In this document: positions 39,932-40,857 of the stretch, piece after piece | Layout of the letters: every line of letters begins with the position of its first letter | How positions within the stretch are numbered: position 1 is the stretch's first letter | Origin: an uncultured Gammaproteobacteria bacterium | Lineage (GTDB): Bacteria; Pseudomonadota; Gammaproteobacteria; Magnimaribacterales; TMED112 | Assembly: GCA_913044115.1 (NCBI GenBank) | Contig: CAJWNO010000004.1 | Span: 1 to 40,857 of the forward strand | Length of the DNA: 40,857 nt | Direction of reading: 5' to 3' | Notes under the pieces: generated by a model | Databases searched by the model: none | Seen by the model: the letters and a program-made list of their open reading frames with translations, nothing else | What the model was told of the DNA's origin: nothing | Program-made: the position numbers and the translations under genes

Positions 39932-40810
39932 ATGAAATTTGTAGGAAATATTCTAGGAGTAGTCATAGTTGGCTTATTTTTTTATTTAACCATAGACCAT
40001 GACTCCAAAAATACAGCTCCTGTTAAACCAAAAACTCCAACATATTCACAATTTATGACATGCGACATGGGTGAAAACTGGTCAAATGTAAATGTGATGA
40101 TGGACGAATGGAATAATATGGCAGTAGACGGTATGTCTTTTGCACTTGGTCATAGAATCTATGAAGGTAGTGCTGAAGCTATAGGTAGCAATCAAGTATC
40201 TTGGCAACTATTTTGGGATTCAAAACAAAAAGCTGACAAGTTCTGGAAAGCTGGTCCAACTGATGCTTTCAAAGCTTGGGCTGATAAGCATAGATCGGTG
40301 ATGGTTTGTGATGGTGAAGGCAGAAGAAACTATGATGTTGATTTGCCAAGACCACAGAATAAGCAAGGTGAGTGGGATGGAGATACTGAATTAGTATCTG
40401 TTATTTATCAATGCAACTTTACAGTTACTGCAGAAGACGGAACAGTAACACCAATGGAAGATAAAGAAGATGGTAAAAGCCAACTTAAAGCTATGTATTC
40501 TGAGTTCATGGATTATGTAGATGTGCAGGATAAAAATGCTAGCTGGCATATTTGGTCAAAATCTGGCAAAAGAGGTCCATATAACTTTGGGGTCTATACT
40601 CACAGTGGTGAAAATCCTGATCCTTATATGGATTACGATTTTTATTGGATGAATTATTATGAAAATGATGATGAGGCTAGAGCAAGATTGAATGCTTGGG
40701 TAGAAACAGGTGGAGATTTACAAGAAAAGTTTGATGAATTTTCAACTTGTGAACAAAATTTAATTTATTCAAATAGCTACGTTTTATATCCAGACTTAGT
40801 AAACGAATAA
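39932..40810 (+). CDS. Exported or membrane-anchored hypothetical protein with two Cys-bracketed internal repeats
   Basis: N-terminal hydrophobic segment, Pro/Lys linker, 4 Cys; strong SD and downstream terminator. Confidence 0.88.
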   Translation: MKFVGNILGVVIVGLFFYLTIDHDSKNTAPVKPKTPTYSQFMTCDMGENWSNVNVMMDEWNNMAVDGMSFALGHRIYEGSAEAIGSNQVSWQLFWDSKQKADKFWKAGPTDAFKAWADKHRSVMVCDGEGRRNYDVDLPRPQNKQGEWDGDTELVSVIYQCNFTVTAEDGTVTPMEDKEDGKSQLKAMYSEFMDYVDVQDKNASWHIWSKSGKRGPYNFGVYTHSGENPDPYMDYDFYWMNYYENDDEARARLNAWVETGGDLQEKFDEFSTCEQNLIYSNSYVLYPDLVNE

Positions 40811-40827
40811 AGAATTTTAAATCTATT

Positions 40828-40857
40828 AAAAAGGCAGATGAAAATCTGCCTTTTTTT
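40828..40857 (+). terminator. Intrinsic terminator (potentially bidirectional)
   Basis: AAAAAGGCAGAT-GAAA-ATCTGCCTTTTTTT. Confidence 0.9.

Overview
Low-GC, extremely compact bacterial chromosomal segment read in the standard genetic code (TGA is used as a stop). Gene content and order (3-TM SecE, rnr-rlmB, lpxC-secA/yacG-coaE) point to a gammaproteobacterium; a streamlined marine lineage such as SAR86 is my inference only. Positions 1-28985 (minus strand) hold the translation/transcription supercluster: tRNA-Tyr, tRNA-Thr(GGU), tuf, tRNA-Trp, secE, nusG, rplKAJL, rpoBC, rpsLG-fusA (no tufA behind it), then the S10, spc and alpha operons fused almost without spacers, ending in a partial rplQ. 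Positions 29046-33472 are a mixed-orientation patch around an inverted tRNA-Thr(UGU): msrA, a secreted unknown protein, an unannotated 55-aa membrane micro-protein, a stand-alone class I glutamine amidotransferase, an exported M20 amidohydrolase, a 64-aa unknown and a VOC-family protein. Positions 33477-40857 carry a minimal RNase R, rlmB, lpxC, a tail-less SecA, yacG (missed by the ORF track), coaE and a second exported unknown. I see no mobile element, CRISPR array or defence system, and no clear-cut new multi-gene system. The most interesting signals are: loss of nearly all r-protein autoregulatory leaders (only an L10 leader remains, with a competing helix); recurrent leaderless promoter geometry (-10 box, 6 nt, ATG); long acidic tails on L3 and L17 despite general protein trimming; an RNB+S1-only RNase R; and two exported proteins each built from a tandem-duplicated unknown domain.
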